A DNA stretch of 64,000 bases, taken from NCBI RefSeq assembly GCF_009914755.1, contig NC_060943.1, one strand, 5' to 3'. Below the pieces are notes generated by a model, which saw nothing but the letters and a program-made list of their open reading frames with translations, was not told the DNA's origin and ran no database searches. Positions 1 to 19,392 of this stretch are shown here, one piece after another. The DNA is from the human T2T-CHM13v2.0 reference genome, Homo sapiens. Position 1 is the first letter of the stretch; each line of letters begins with the position of its first letter. The translations under genes and the position numbers were made by a program.

Positions 1-1817
1 ATCCACACACCTCGGCCTCCCAAAGTGCTGGGACTACAGGCATAAGCCACCGTGCCCGGCCTATATTTTCTCTTGTTTTTAGATAAAGTGTCTCTTTCTG
101 TCAGCCCGGGTGGAGTACAATGGTGTGATCATGGCTCACTGCAATCTTGAATTCCTGGGCTCAAGTGATTGTCCCACCTGAGCCTCCCCTGGTAGCTGGT
201 ACAGGTGCATGCCACCATGTTGGGCAACTTTTTTAGTTTGTTTTTTTTCCAGACAGGGTCTTGCTGTGTTGTTGAAATTCATCCTGATCTCCTGGGCTCC
301 AGAGATCCTCCTTAGTCTCCCGAGTAGCTGGGATTACAGGTGCCAAACCCCATACCTAATTATTGGCTTTTATTTAAAAAATTTTTGCATATGTGCAGCT
401 GGGCATGGTGGCTCACACCTGTAATCCCAGCACTTCGGGAGGCTGAGGTGGGTGGATCACGAGGTCAGGAGATCAAGACCACCCTGGCCAACAGGGTGAA
501 ACCCCCTCTCTACTAAAAATACAAAAATTAGCCAGGTGTGGTGGCACGTGCCTGTAATCCAGGCTGAGACAACAAAATCACATGAACCTGGGAGTCAGAG
601 GTTGCAGTGAGCCAAGATTGCCACTGCACTCCAGACTGGCGACAGAGCGGGACTCTGTCTCAAAAAAAAAAAAGAAAAAAAAATTTCATATGTGTGTCCT
701 TAAGGCTGAGTCTGTGAGTCTCTTGTAGACAACATGTAGTTGATTCCTGTTGATTCAGCCAGTCTTTGCCTTCTGAGTGCAGATTAAATACTTACAGTTG
801 AAGTATTACTGATGGAGAAGACCTTACCCTTGTGATTCTGTTACATATTATCTGTATTTATTGTAGGTTTTTTTGTTCTTCATTTCTCATTTACTACTTT
901 TGTGTTTATTTGCTTTTTTGTGTAGACATGCTTTGACTCCCTTCTTATTGACTTTTGTTTGTTTGTTTGTTTATGATGGAGTCTTACTCTGTCCCCAAGG
1001 CTACAGTTCAATGGTACGATCTTGGCTCACCGCAGCCAGCTCCGCCTTTCAGGCTCAAACAATTTTTGTGCCCCAGTGGCTCACGCCTGTAATCCCAGCA
1101 CTTCGGGAGGCCGAGGCAGGCAAATCACCTGAGGTCAGGAGTTCAAAACCAGCCTGCCTAACATGGCGAAACTCCATCTCTACTAAAACACACAAATTAG
1201 CCGGACACTGTGGTGGGCGCCTGTAATCCTGCTACTCAAGAGTCTAATGCAGGAGAGTCGCTTGAACCCTGGAGGTGGAGGTTGAAGTGAGCCGAGATTG
1301 TGCCACTGCCCTCCAGCCTGGGTGACAGCACGAGACTCTGTCTCAAAAAAAAAAAACAACAACAACAAAATTCCATAACCTGCAAAAGCCACTCTTTCTC
1401 TACTAGAACTCTGTATTTATGTCAGAATTATTTCTCTGTATGTTGCATTCGCATTAACATATATGTAGTGTTTTTTCATGCTTTTTTCTTCTAAATAACA
1501 GAAAAAAAAGTTGAATTATCTAGAGAAGGTATACTTACACCAGTTTCTGTATGTGTCCTGTTATTTGCCTATTCATTTATTTATTTCTTTGTTGATGAGA
1601 TGAAGTTTTGTTCTTGTCGCCCATGCTGGAGTGCAATGGCACAATCTCGGGTCACTCCAACCTCCAACTCCCAGGTTCAAGTGATTCTCCTGCCTCAGTG
1701 TCCTGAGTAGCTGGGATTACAGGCATGTGCCACCACACCTAGCTAATTTTGTATTTTAGTAGACACAGGCTTTCTCCTTTTTGGTCAGGCTGGTCTCGAA
1801 CCCCTGCCCTAAAGTGA

Positions 1818-2198
<381 letters not shown>

Positions 2199-2558
2199 TG
2201 ATCCTCCTGCCTCAGCCTCCCAAAGTGCTGGGATTACAGGCGTGAACCACCATGCCTGGCCAGCCTCAAAGTTTTTAAAACACGTAATTGCTATAGATGG
2301 CTTCAGGTATTGCAAGATTTATGGTACAGGCTCTAAACTTCCTTTGTTTAATCAGATTTGTCAGCCTTCAGTGATGTTGATGATGAGATGCTCCTGTTCC
2401 TGCCTCAGTCATTTCACTGTCAGAAATAGCTTAGACTGGCCACCCGAGGTGGCTCACACCTCTAATCCCAACAGTTTGGGATGCCAAGGTGGGCAGATCG
2501 CTTGAAGTCAGGAGTTTGAGACCAGTCTTGCCAGCATGGTGAAACCTCAAATCTACTA

Positions 2559-2873
<315 letters not shown>

Positions 2874-2929
2874 CTACACTCCAGCATGGGTGATAGTATG
2901 TGACTCAGTCTCAAACACAAACAAAAAGA

Positions 2930-3270
2930 GAAATAGCTTAAACTGGGAGGCTTCAGACACAGAAATTTATTTCTCATGAATTTGGAAAGTGGGAAATCCA
3001 AGAGCAAGGTGCCAGCCAAATTGGTTCCTGGTGAGAGCATTCTTCATGGTTTAGCCCAGCCATCTTCCTGCCGTGTCCTGACATGGTGGAAACAGGAACA
3101 GGCAACGAGCTCTTTAATATCTCTTTTTATGAAAGCACAAGTCCTATTCACGAGTAGTCAACACCCGTGACCAAATTGTCTCAAAGGCCCCATCTGCAGA
3201 ACATCCTTTTGGAGAATAAGAACTCTGAACATGGCTTTTGGCCAATATGAACATTCAGACCAGGGAGGCT
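2930..3270 (-). mobile_element. MaLR (MLT1-like) LTR fragment; paralog at ~50130-50465
   Basis: cagaaatttatttctcatgaatttgga...tccaagagcaaggtgccagc resembles the MLT1 reverse-strand core. Confidence 0.65.
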
Positions 3271-3402
3271 GCATCATATTGTTTGTGTTTTTATTGTATG
3301 ATTTGATTTATAAAATGTTTTCACTGATCTCAGTTTAAAAATTTTCCCAGTACACATTCTATGTTTTATATTTTGTGCATAGTGAACTAGATAATTAATA
3401 CC

Positions 3403-3405
<3 letters not shown>

Positions 3406-3457
<52 letters not shown>
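3406..3457. repeat. (TA)26 microsatellite
   Basis: Directly visible; absent from the ZNF761 paralog, which has a deletion here near 50600. Confidence 0.95.
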
Positions 3458-3462
<5 letters not shown>

Positions 3463-3508
3463 TGCTGTATTGCCTGGCTGTTTCATAAATGTAGTTGTGA
3501 CATCATAA

Positions 3509-3709
<201 letters not shown>

Positions 3710-5166
3710 TAGTAGAGTGGGGATTTCACCATGTTGGCCAGGCTACTCTTGAACTCCTCACCTCATGATCTGCCCACCTCAGCCTCCCAAAGTGCTGGGA
3801 TTACAGACCTGAGCCACCGTGTCCAGCCGTTAGTCAATTCTTATTCCTTATAATGCTGTGTATTTTTTTGACCTCATAAGTCAGAAGGTAGTGATCTTAA
3901 CATGTATTTCAGTTCTTATGTTGTCTGCTGGTGGCAAGTAGAAGTCGTGGCATTTTTCTTAACAGGGAATTGTTTAGAATTTTGCATGTTGTATAAATGT
4001 ACTTATTATTTGCTTCCTGGTTTTATGGGTTACAATATTTTACTAATTAATTTTTATGATTGTACATGAGGCTTTTCGGTATGTGGTATGCAATATAACT
4101 GACACAGTCCACTAGTTAATGTCACACAGTGCCACCGGATGCTGTGGCTCACGCCTGCAATCCCAGGACTTTGGGAGGCTGAGGTGGCTGGATCACTTGA
4201 GGTCATAAGTTCGAGGCCAGCCTGGCCAACATGTTGAAACCCTATCTCTACTAAAAATACAAAAATTAGCCAAACGTGGTAGTGTGTGCGTGTAATCCCA
4301 GGTACTCAGGAGGCTGAGGCAGGAGAATGGCTTGAACCCAAAAGGTGGAGGTTGCAGTGAGCTGAGATCGGGCCATTGAACTCCAGGCGGTTGTGACAGA
4401 GTGAAACTTCATCTCAAAAATATAAAAATAAAAAATTTGTTTAAAAATGTCAAAATGTGCCTTTTCTGCAAGGATATAGGTAATTTTATGACAGTTATTC
4501 AGAAAAACATTGTATTAACATTTTTTTTCAAGATGGAATCTCACTTTGTCACCCAGGCTGAAGTACAGTGGTGCAATCTCAGCTCACTGCAACCTCTGCC
4601 TCTTGGGTTCAAACGATTCTTGTGCCTCGTGAGTCCCATGAGTACGTGGGACTAAAAATTTGGGACTAAAAAAGATTAAAAATTACATTTTGTAATCTTT
4701 TCTTATCTTCTCAGTGCTATGATTGTTTGACAATACAGAATTTCCATTGATTTTGGTTATCCTTGCATAATCTTGTTGTGGATTATTTTCCAACACAGTA
4801 CATCATGTGGTCCTTTAGCATCTATTTGTATACAGTAAATATGCTGTAAATATGAAGAATATATACTTTTCATTGATGTGACAGTGATATGTTTTTTACA
4901 AACTGTTAGACACTTTAGGGTCACAATGGAAAAATATTCCTTACTTTAGGCTACACGTTTTTGTGCCCTGTCAGTGTTTTGTCACGATCTTGGAAATAGA
5001 CTTCCGTAAAAATAACTTGAAGCACATGTAATCGCCCTTTATTTGTTAAAGAATCTTATGCTTTTCTGTTCCTAAACTTTGAGGGTCATGTTTGCAAAGT
5101 TTAAAATAAGTATTGTTTTTTGTGTCATATTTACACATTTCAGCATTATTTACCATCTATACTTAA

Positions 5167-8525
<3,359 letters not shown>

Positions 8526-8778
8526 AGCAAACCATCAAGCATTAATTGACACTAGAGTCAGTTCAGCATTGACTTGAGTTTGACTTAACATTGAGTTGAA
8601 GCCTTAATTGACATTAAAGTGTTTATGTTAAGAGGACTGGGCCAGGCACAGTGGCTCACACCTGTAATCTGAGAGCTTTGGGAGGCCAGCACCGGTAGAT
8701 CACTTGAGTTCAGGAGTTTGAGGTCAGCCTGGCCAACAGACGTGAGCCATTTTCCCAGCCTGTTTTTTGTTTCTTTAA

Positions 8779-8972
<194 letters not shown>

Positions 8973-9119
8973 TAGTAGAGATGGGGTTTCTCCATGTTGG
9001 TTAGGCTGGTCTTGAACTCCCAGCCTCAGATGATCCACCCACCTCGGCCTCCCAAAGTGCTGGGATTACAGGCGTGAGCCACTGCGCCCAGCCCCAGTGA
9101 TAAGGATTTTTATGGGTAC

Positions 9120-9926
9120 CGTGTTGAATCTAAATCACATTGGGTTATATAATCATTTAACAATATTAATTTTTCCAAACCATAAGTATGGGTTGTAGCT
9201 CTATGTTTCTAATCATTTTGATCAATGTTTGTAGATTTCAAGGTAAAAACCTCTGACCTTTTTACGTTTATTTCTAAGTATTTCTTACTTTAAGTTCTCC
9301 AGCCAATGGAAGTGTTTTAAAATTTTCTTTTAAAGTTGTTTATTGTTAAAAGTATGGAAATTCAACTAATTTTTGGTGCTGATACTGTATTGTGCAAATC
9401 CACTGAATATGTTACTTAGTTCCAGTAGTATTTTGGTTGACTCTTTGTGATTTTCTGCACAGAAGATCATGTCGTCTACAAACAAATATAATTTTACTTC
9501 TTTCTTTCTGATTTCGATGAGTTTGATTTCTTCTGCTATTTAATTGCTCTAGCTAGGTCAGCCAGTATTGATTGAATAGAAGGGGTGAGAGCACTCTTGC
9601 ATCATGTGAGATCCTCCAGGAAAGGCATTCCATTTTCCCTACTTGATTATTCACTCATTGGTCATTTCATGGATGGTCTTTCTGTTGTTTAGGTAAATTT
9701 CCTTTCTATCTATTTTGTTTAGGATTTCTATGATGACTGGATTTTGAATTTTGTGAAATGCTTTTTCTCCCTCTATTAAGATGATGTGGTTTTCATCTTT
9801 CATTCTGTTCAAGTGGCATATCACATTGATTTGCTTGAATATGTTGAACCATCCTTGCATCCCAGAAATAAGTGGCACTTGAATATCTACAATCCTTTTT
9901 ACATCCTCTTGAATACAGTTTTCTAG
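9120..9926 (-). mobile_element. Old L1 (L1M-type) ORF2 fragment; paralog at ~55410-56226
   Basis: Minus ORF 9651-9878 ([39 protein letters not shown]) matches L1 ORF2 [22 protein letters not shown]...AEKAFDKIQ. Confidence 0.85.
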
Positions 9927-9928
9927 TA

Positions 9929-10400
9929 CAAGGGATCTTGATGAAGTTCATGGAAAAATACATATTATGAGAAAATTGTGCATGAATTTCACAGTTTTTG
10001 CACCAAATTAAACTGGTACAAGTCTGTTATAACATGTCTGAACAGGCTGTAGTTGAAGGCACTCAGAAGGATAAGACATAAGTTTGAAAAGAGACTCTAT
10101 CAAAGTAAAATAAATTCTGCTAAAATTGAAACAAAAAGAAACATCAAATTTATGATGAGATCAGATGCAGTGTCACCACACCCTGCTAATTTTTGTATTT
10201 TTAGTAGAGATGGGGTTTCACCATATTGGCCAGGCTGGTCTTGAACTCGTGACCTCATGATCCACCCGCCTCGGCCTCCCAAAGTGCTGGGATTACAGGC
10301 ATGAGCCACCGCACCTGGCCCACATCAGTTTTACAAAAAAAAATTAACCTTGTTTGTGCCGCAGTGAAGAGGACTGACAGGTAACAGCAGAAATAGTAGT
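9929..10400 (+). mobile_element. HSMAR2 mariner 5' fragment interrupted by a deletion and an Alu piece
   Basis: TA target, then a degraded TIR (caagggatcttgatgaagttcatggaaaa) and transposase N-terminus [14 protein letters not shown]; resumes at 10321-10400. Confidence 0.8.
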
Positions 10401-10639
10401 CAGGAGTTCGAGAACAGGCTGGTTAACATGGTGAAACCCCGTCTCTACTAAAAATACAAAAATTAACTGGGTATGGTGGCAGATGCCAGTAATCCCAGTT
10501 ACTGGGAAGGCTGAAGCCAGAGAATCACTTGAACCTCAGAGGCAGAGGTTGCAGTGAGCCGAGATGGCGCCATTGCACTCCAGCCTGCGCAACAAGAGCG
10601 AAACTTTGTCTCAAAAAGAAAAAAAAAAAAGATGTCAAG

Positions 10640-11051
10640 CCTCTTCTCTTCCTCTCTCCCCTTGTGGTGTGTACTTGACTCTGCCTCTCACCAGATCTTC
10701 TTATAAGACTTTCAGGATTAAGCGATTCCTGGCCAAGAAACAAAAGCAAAACCGTTCCATTCCCCAGTGGATTCAGATCAAAACTGGTAATAAAATCAGG
10801 TACAACTTTAAAAGGAGACATTGGAGAAGAATCAAGCTGGGTCTATAAGGAATTGCACGTGAGATGGCACACATATTTATGCTGTCTGAGCATTACAATC
10901 ACGTTACCATATCAAGCTGAAAATGTCACCACTATCTGGAGAGTTGGACATGTTTTATTGGGAATATATTTTTTCTCTCTGAATCTGTTAGGAACATGTT
11001 GGTTGGCTGGGTTCAGTAATAAATATGTGAGGCTTTTCATTTAAAAAAAAA
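10640..11051 (+). pseudogene. RPL39P36: RPL39 processed pseudogene (probably RPL39P36)
   Basis: Pyrimidine-rich 5'UTR, intronless 51-codon frame 10693-10848 ([51 protein letters not shown]) with ATG>AGA, 3'UTR with AATAAA and an A tail. Parent identity is clear; the pseudogene number is from recall. Confidence 0.9.
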
Positions 11052-11323
11052 GTCAAATGATGTAATTGCATAGAGTACCTTAGTTTCTGTATTGCTTTTT
11101 AGGTTTTTTTTTTTTTTTTAACTCCACTGGGTCAGTGGATCACACCTGTGATCCTTGCACTTTGGGAGGCTGAGGTGAGAGGATTGGCTGAGACCAGGAG
11201 TCTCCTGGGAATCTTCTCGTCTCCTGTAACCCAGTTCACGACAGACCCTTGGACTTTACTATATTGGAAAAATCTACATAAAACAATGTCAGTGTGTCAA
11301 AGCATTATGTCTGTCACAAGCTT

Positions 11324-11743
<420 letters not shown>

Positions 11744-11942
11744 TCAAAAAAAAAAAAAAAAAAAAAAAAACTTGCAGCAAACATGGTATGATATAAAAAT
11801 CCTTTGCCACAGGGGAGAATCAGGTATGATAAGCTGCTACATGGAGAGCAAAATGTGAGTTTCTACTCTGTCTTCGGGTGCCTTCCCAGAGATGCCCCCA
11901 CATTTTCCTACAGCAGTGGGGATATAGGATGGACTGACCCCA

Positions 11943-11943
<1 letters not shown>

Positions 11944-11993
<50 letters not shown>

Positions 11994-12051
11994 ACCACCA
12001 CCACCACCACCACCACCACCACCACCACCACCACCACCCCCCCCCCCCCCC
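11944..12051. repeat. Compound microsatellite (CA)~24(CCA)~15(C)15
   Basis: Directly visible. Confidence 0.95.
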
Positions 12052-12651
12052 GGGGAAAAGCCCATATAAAGCAGTTCCCATTTCCCTCCACAAACTGCGG
12101 GCTCCCAGTGAAAACTACCTTATAGACTTTCTTGCAAATCCCATTCTTTTCTGGCCTTCTACGGGATGACAGGGGCCTAGAGAAGGCAGTACTGGGTGGA
12201 GTTACCTGGGTGCGCATTTGTCGGGATGTGGCATTTTATGGCTATTCTAAGGTCTGTTATCAGTTGTCTGTCTTGGGGAGAATGTGCAGTCGCCATGGTC
12301 CAATAATCCTCTATCCAAGGACCACACAGGTCACCGCAGGCGCTCAATCAGTGTGATCCACATGGTGTGATGTGTGCTCTGGCAGGGCACAGATGGACAC
12401 ACTCAGCTCTGTCAATGTGTAAACAGGGAGTGCTGCAATGACATGGTTTATTCACAGTCACCATGGAATCTGATGTGGCATTTTAAAAAATGCGTAGATC
12501 TATTGCAACTGGTATGAAAACATCACTGATTGGCCACGCATGGTGGCTTACACCTGTAATCCCAGCACTTTGGGAGGTTGAGGCAGGCAGATCACCTGAG
12601 GTCGGGAGTTTGAGACCAGCCTGACCAACATGGTGAAACTCGTCTCTACTA

Positions 12652-12873
<222 letters not shown>

Positions 12874-14317
12874 TTAGACAGAAATGTAACTCTGCAAATA
12901 TATATTTAAATATTTAATAGTGAACAGAATATCTGAATGGTGTGTATATACATATATATGTTGTATGTGATTTCAGATGCAATTTTAGATATTCTATGAA
13001 ATTGTGTAGGCAGAAGGATACACCTCAAACTGGTGAAAATTATGTGTAGATATAAATGACTACTTTTTATTTTAGTGTTTAAATATTTTATTACGTTTGT
13101 TGAGGTGTGTATTAACTTTCTATTATGAATTACCACAGTATAGCCAGCAGTTTACTACAGCACTCATTTATTTTCTCACAGTTCACAGATGAAAAATGTG
13201 TCAGGTTTTTCTGGGTACTCTGTCTAGTCTCACCAGGCCAAAATCAAGGTCAAAGCCATGGGATCGACTCTTGAGACTGTGGGGGCAGAATTCTCTTCTA
13301 AGCTCATTCAGATTGTTGTCAGAATTCATTTCTTTCTCCTGGTCCCCATATTTTCAAAATACAGCATGTGAAATTACTCTCGTGCTCCTGAGTCCTGACT
13401 TCCTCCACTATTGCATCTCTCTGACATATATTTCTGCTTCAAGGACACATAGGACCCACCCAGATAATCCAAGATAACTTTCTTTTGTTTTGTTTTGTTT
13501 TTTGTTTGTTGTTTTTTGTTTTTGAGACTGAGTCTGGCTCTGTCAACCAGGCTGCAGTGCAGTGGTGCCTTCTCTGCTCACTGCAACCTCTGCCTCCCGG
13601 GTTAAAGTGATTCTCCTGCCTCAGCCCCCCGAGTAGCTGGGATTACAGGCATGCACCACCGTGCTGGCTAATTTGTATATTTTTAGTAGAGATGGGGTTT
13701 CACCATGTTGGCCAGGCTGGTCTTGAACTCCTGACCTCAAGTGATCCACCCACCTCGGCCTTTCAAAATGCTGGCATTACACACAGTTTTTTCTTTCAAA
13801 GTCAAATGAGGCCAGGCATGGTGGCGGGTGCCTTTAATCCCACCTACTCAGGAGGCTGAGGTAGGAGGATCGCTTGAACGCAAGAGGCAGAGGATGCAGT
13901 GAGCCGAGATCGCACCAATGTACTCCCACCTGGCCGACAGAGCGAAACTCAGTCTCAAAAAATAAAATAAAATTCAAATGACTAGTAGCCTTCATTAATT
14001 AATAAATTACCAGACAAATTCCTTTTTGCAGGTAACATAAACAAGATTAGCACCAGGAGTTGGAGACCTGCCTACAACATTATAGGACCAGTAAACCTTT
14101 TTGCACTGAGAAAATAATTTGTCAATCTAGCTAGAAAATTATTACCGTCTGGGATATTTCGGTTAAGAGAAATTTGTATACTATATATTGATAAACTGTA
14201 TTTGTAATACTCTATTTTACATAGTTATATAACTATACATCAATATAATTAACTATACATCAATATAATTATATAGTAATATATATTTAAATATTGGTAA
14301 ACTCTACGTTTCTATGA

Positions 14318-14605
<288 letters not shown>

Positions 14606-14689
14606 TGATCTGCCTACCTAGGCCTCCCAAAGTGCTAGGATTACAGACGTGAGCCACTATGCCCGACCAGGTTTCTTTCATTTTTAAAA

Positions 14690-15240
14690 GACTTTTAAGT
14701 TCAGGGGTACATGTGCAGGTCTGTTACATAGGTAAACGTGTGTCATGGGAGTTTGTTGTACAGATCACTTCATCACCAGGATATAAATTCTAGTGCCCAC
14801 TAATCATATTTCCTGATCCTCTCCCTTCTCCCACCCTATGCCCTCCAATAGGCCCCAGTGTGTGTTGTTCCCCTCTATGTATCTGTCTTCTCATCATTTA
14901 CCTCCCTCTTATAAGTGAGAACATGTGGCATTTGGGTTTGTGTTCCTGTGTTACTTTGCTAAGGAAAATGGCCTCCAGCTCCATCCATGTCCCTGCAGAG
15001 GACATGATCTCGTTCTTTTTTATGGCTGCATAGTATTCCATGGTGTATAGGTACCACATTTTCTTTATCCAGTCCATGGGTGATGGGCATTTTGGTTGAC
15101 TTCATGTTTGCTATTGTGAATAGTGCTGCAACGAACATACACGTGCATGCGTCTTTACAATAGAACAATTTATATTCCTTTAGGCATATATCCTGTAATG
15201 AGATTGCTGGGTCGAAGGATATATCTCTCTTTAGGTCTAT
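14690..15240 (-). mobile_element. L1 (older L1PA/L1PB-type) 3' end
   Basis: ggtacatgtgcagg...ccatccatgtccctgca...tatggctgcatagtattccatggtg is the reverse complement of the L1 ORF2 C-terminus and 3'UTR. Confidence 0.85.
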
Positions 15241-15631
15241 TTTGTGGAAAGCAGAGTGGGAATTCAAAAATTTCTAATGTAAACTAACGGCTTCATGTTC
15301 TTCCTTTTACTTCCTTTCATGTCTTTCAAAATCCTTCTTAGGTACTTTGCCTGATTCCATTTATCTGCATATAACTTAAAAGATCAAAGGTCTAAATATT
15401 ATAAGGAAATCTACTTTGGGTGGAAAGACTTCTCAGGGAGGCAGAGAATCCACTGAGACATACGTAGTGTGCGTTCAGTCCCTGATGTACCAGAGCTCAG
15501 TATTTCCTGCTTCCTTCTTGTGAGACCCTCTCTGCCTCCAGGGATCAAGGAGAAGAAAGAATCTCCCCAGACACTCCAAAATCCCTTTGGAGATGCTACC
15601 CGCGAATTAGTACATGTTTTCTTGGTAATTA

Positions 15632-15802
<171 letters not shown>

Positions 15803-17290
15803 TTAGCCGGGCGTGGTGGCGGGTGCCTGTAGTCCCAGCTATTCGGGCCACTGCATTCCAGCCTGGGTGACAGAGTGAGACTCCATCTCTAAATAAATAA
15901 ATAAAAATATAGTAGCATCCTAGGACTGCACTGTCATAGCTGTGACAGGTAAAATGATCATTGCGGTTGTGACAGCAGGTGAGTACACAGAACCACAATC
16001 CCATATCTAGCAGCCTGGCTGCTGCCCTCTCATATAATACTGACTGGCATGACCAGCACACTGAGCTCACCATCCAGACAGAAGGATGGGTGAGGTGACT
16101 GTTTTATACTTCACTTTGACAGGTAGAGTATGGAATAGAAGGAGGTATATAAGAAGTCCAGATATGGCCGGGCATCGGGGCTCATGCCCGTAATCCTAAC
16201 ACTTTGGGAGGCCAATGGTGGGGGGGGCGGTGGATCACCTGAGGTCAGGAGTTGGAGACCAGCCTGCCCGACATGGCAAAACCCATCTGTACTAAAAATA
16301 CAAAAATTAGCCGGGCTTAGTGGTGGGCCCCTGTAATCCCAGCTACTCTGGAGGCTGAGACAGGAGAATCGCTAGAACCTGGGGGGCGGAGGTTGCTGTG
16401 AGCCGAGATCACTCTACTTCACTCCAGCCTGGGCATAAGAGCGAAACTCCGTTGTGGGAGGAAAAAAAAAAAAAAAAAAAAAAAAGTCCAGATAAGTGAT
16501 CACATCAAGAAAAGCGAATCTTAGGGGTTTGAAACTAGTTTAATGTCAAAGCCACACAGGAAGGAGGAATAATTCCTGAGGCATGAGCTGAGCCAGGAAA
16601 GAGAGTTGGGGACTGTAGACCCTATACCAGTCCCTGATAGCTCCTAATGTAGTTTAGTTTAATCCTTCAATAATAATGATTTTTTTGGTGTTTAATCCAC
16701 ATGATAATGAAACCTGGGTTTTAAGGTGCTTGAAGACTGGAATTCTAAAATCTATCTGTGGTTCAGCCTACTTTACACAAATCATAGAAAGAGTTTTAAG
16801 GATAATTAGAAGTATGCCCTTATGACCCACATACTGGAAATGATTGGGATAAATCTACAAGAATTACCTAATTCTGTGCAGAATCCACACCCTCAAGTGG
16901 CAGTTCTGGGGCTAGAAATGTTATCTCAAAGTCTCCTCTTTGAAGGGCTAAATGGAGAGTCATTGTTTCTCTATTGAAAACATAAGGAGTCTGTTGATTA
17001 TGGTGAGACTCTTTTCAGTCTTGAAGTTAGGAAGGCAACATTTAGGGAACAGGAAAGTTTTAATAATCAGTTTTAGATAGCAGTTGTCAGTCTTGAATTG
17101 TAATGCTGTTGTCTGGCTTAAAAGAAAGTCTAATATCCGGCTCTGATCACAACAATTCGGTAAGTTGGTGAGGTGATGCATACGTTAATTAGCTTGATTG
17201 AATCTTTCTACAATGTATACAGAGATCAAAACATCCCATTATATCCCCTAAATAGACACAATTATTGGCCAATTAAAAATAAATAAATGT

Positions 17291-17909
17291 GGCCGGGGCA
17301 GTGGCTCACACCTGTAATCCCAGCACTTTAGGAGGCCGAGGCGGGTGGATCACCTGAGGTCAGGAGTTCGAGACCAGCCTGGCCAACATGGCGAAACCCC
17401 ATCTCCACTAAAACTACAAACGATTACCTGGGCATGGTGGCAGGCGCCTGTAATCCCAGCTAGTTGAGAGGATGAAGCAGGGAGAATTTCTTGAACCCAG
17501 GAAGGCGAAGGTTGTGGTGAGCCGAGACCATGCCACTGCACTCCAGCCTGGGCAACACAGCCAGATTCCGTCTCAAAAATAATAATAAAATAAATAAATA
17601 AATGTGGCCGGGTGCAGTGGCTCATGCCTGTAATCCCAGCACTTTGGGAGACCGAGGCGGGCAGATCACAAGGTCAGGAGATTGAGACCACCCTGGCCAA
17701 CATGGTGAATCCCCATCTCTACTAAAAATACAAAAATTAGCTTGGCGTGGTGGCGCATGCCTGTAATCCCAGCTACTCAGGAGGCTGAGGCAGGAGAAAT
17801 GCTTAAACCAGGGAGTCAGAAGTTGCGGTGAGCCAAGATCGCACCACTGCACTCCAGCCTGGTGACAGAGCAAGTATCCATCTCAAAAAATAAAATATAA
17901 ATAAATAAA
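17291..17909 (+). mobile_element. Two tandem full-length Alus (17291-~17600, 17606-~17909) in the A-rich tail of an L1 3' end (~17140-17290)
   Basis: Each starts ggccgggg/ggccgggt after the same AAATAAATGT motif, which recurs after the second Alu. Confidence 0.85.
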
Positions 17910-18084
17910 TGTAATCAAATCCAAATCTACCATTTCAGTTTATCAAATGCACAAGATTCCATGCCTTACAGATTTAATTTTTTATATATGTTCTATATTA
18001 ACACCTTTTACAAAACTCACCTCAACACTTATTGTTTTACTCAATTTATGTATTCATTAATTGATGAGTATATGAACTGAAAAT

Positions 18085-19392
<1,308 letters not shown>

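Noticed and set aside
985-1350. Antisense-to-sense Alu fusions (also 8640-8760 and paralogs) as novel elements
   Set aside because: Best explained as ancestral deletions between inverted Alus, inherited by both duplicates.
11804-12217. Poly-His, poly-Gly, poly-Val and poly-Trp ORFs
   Set aside because: Translations of the compound microsatellite.
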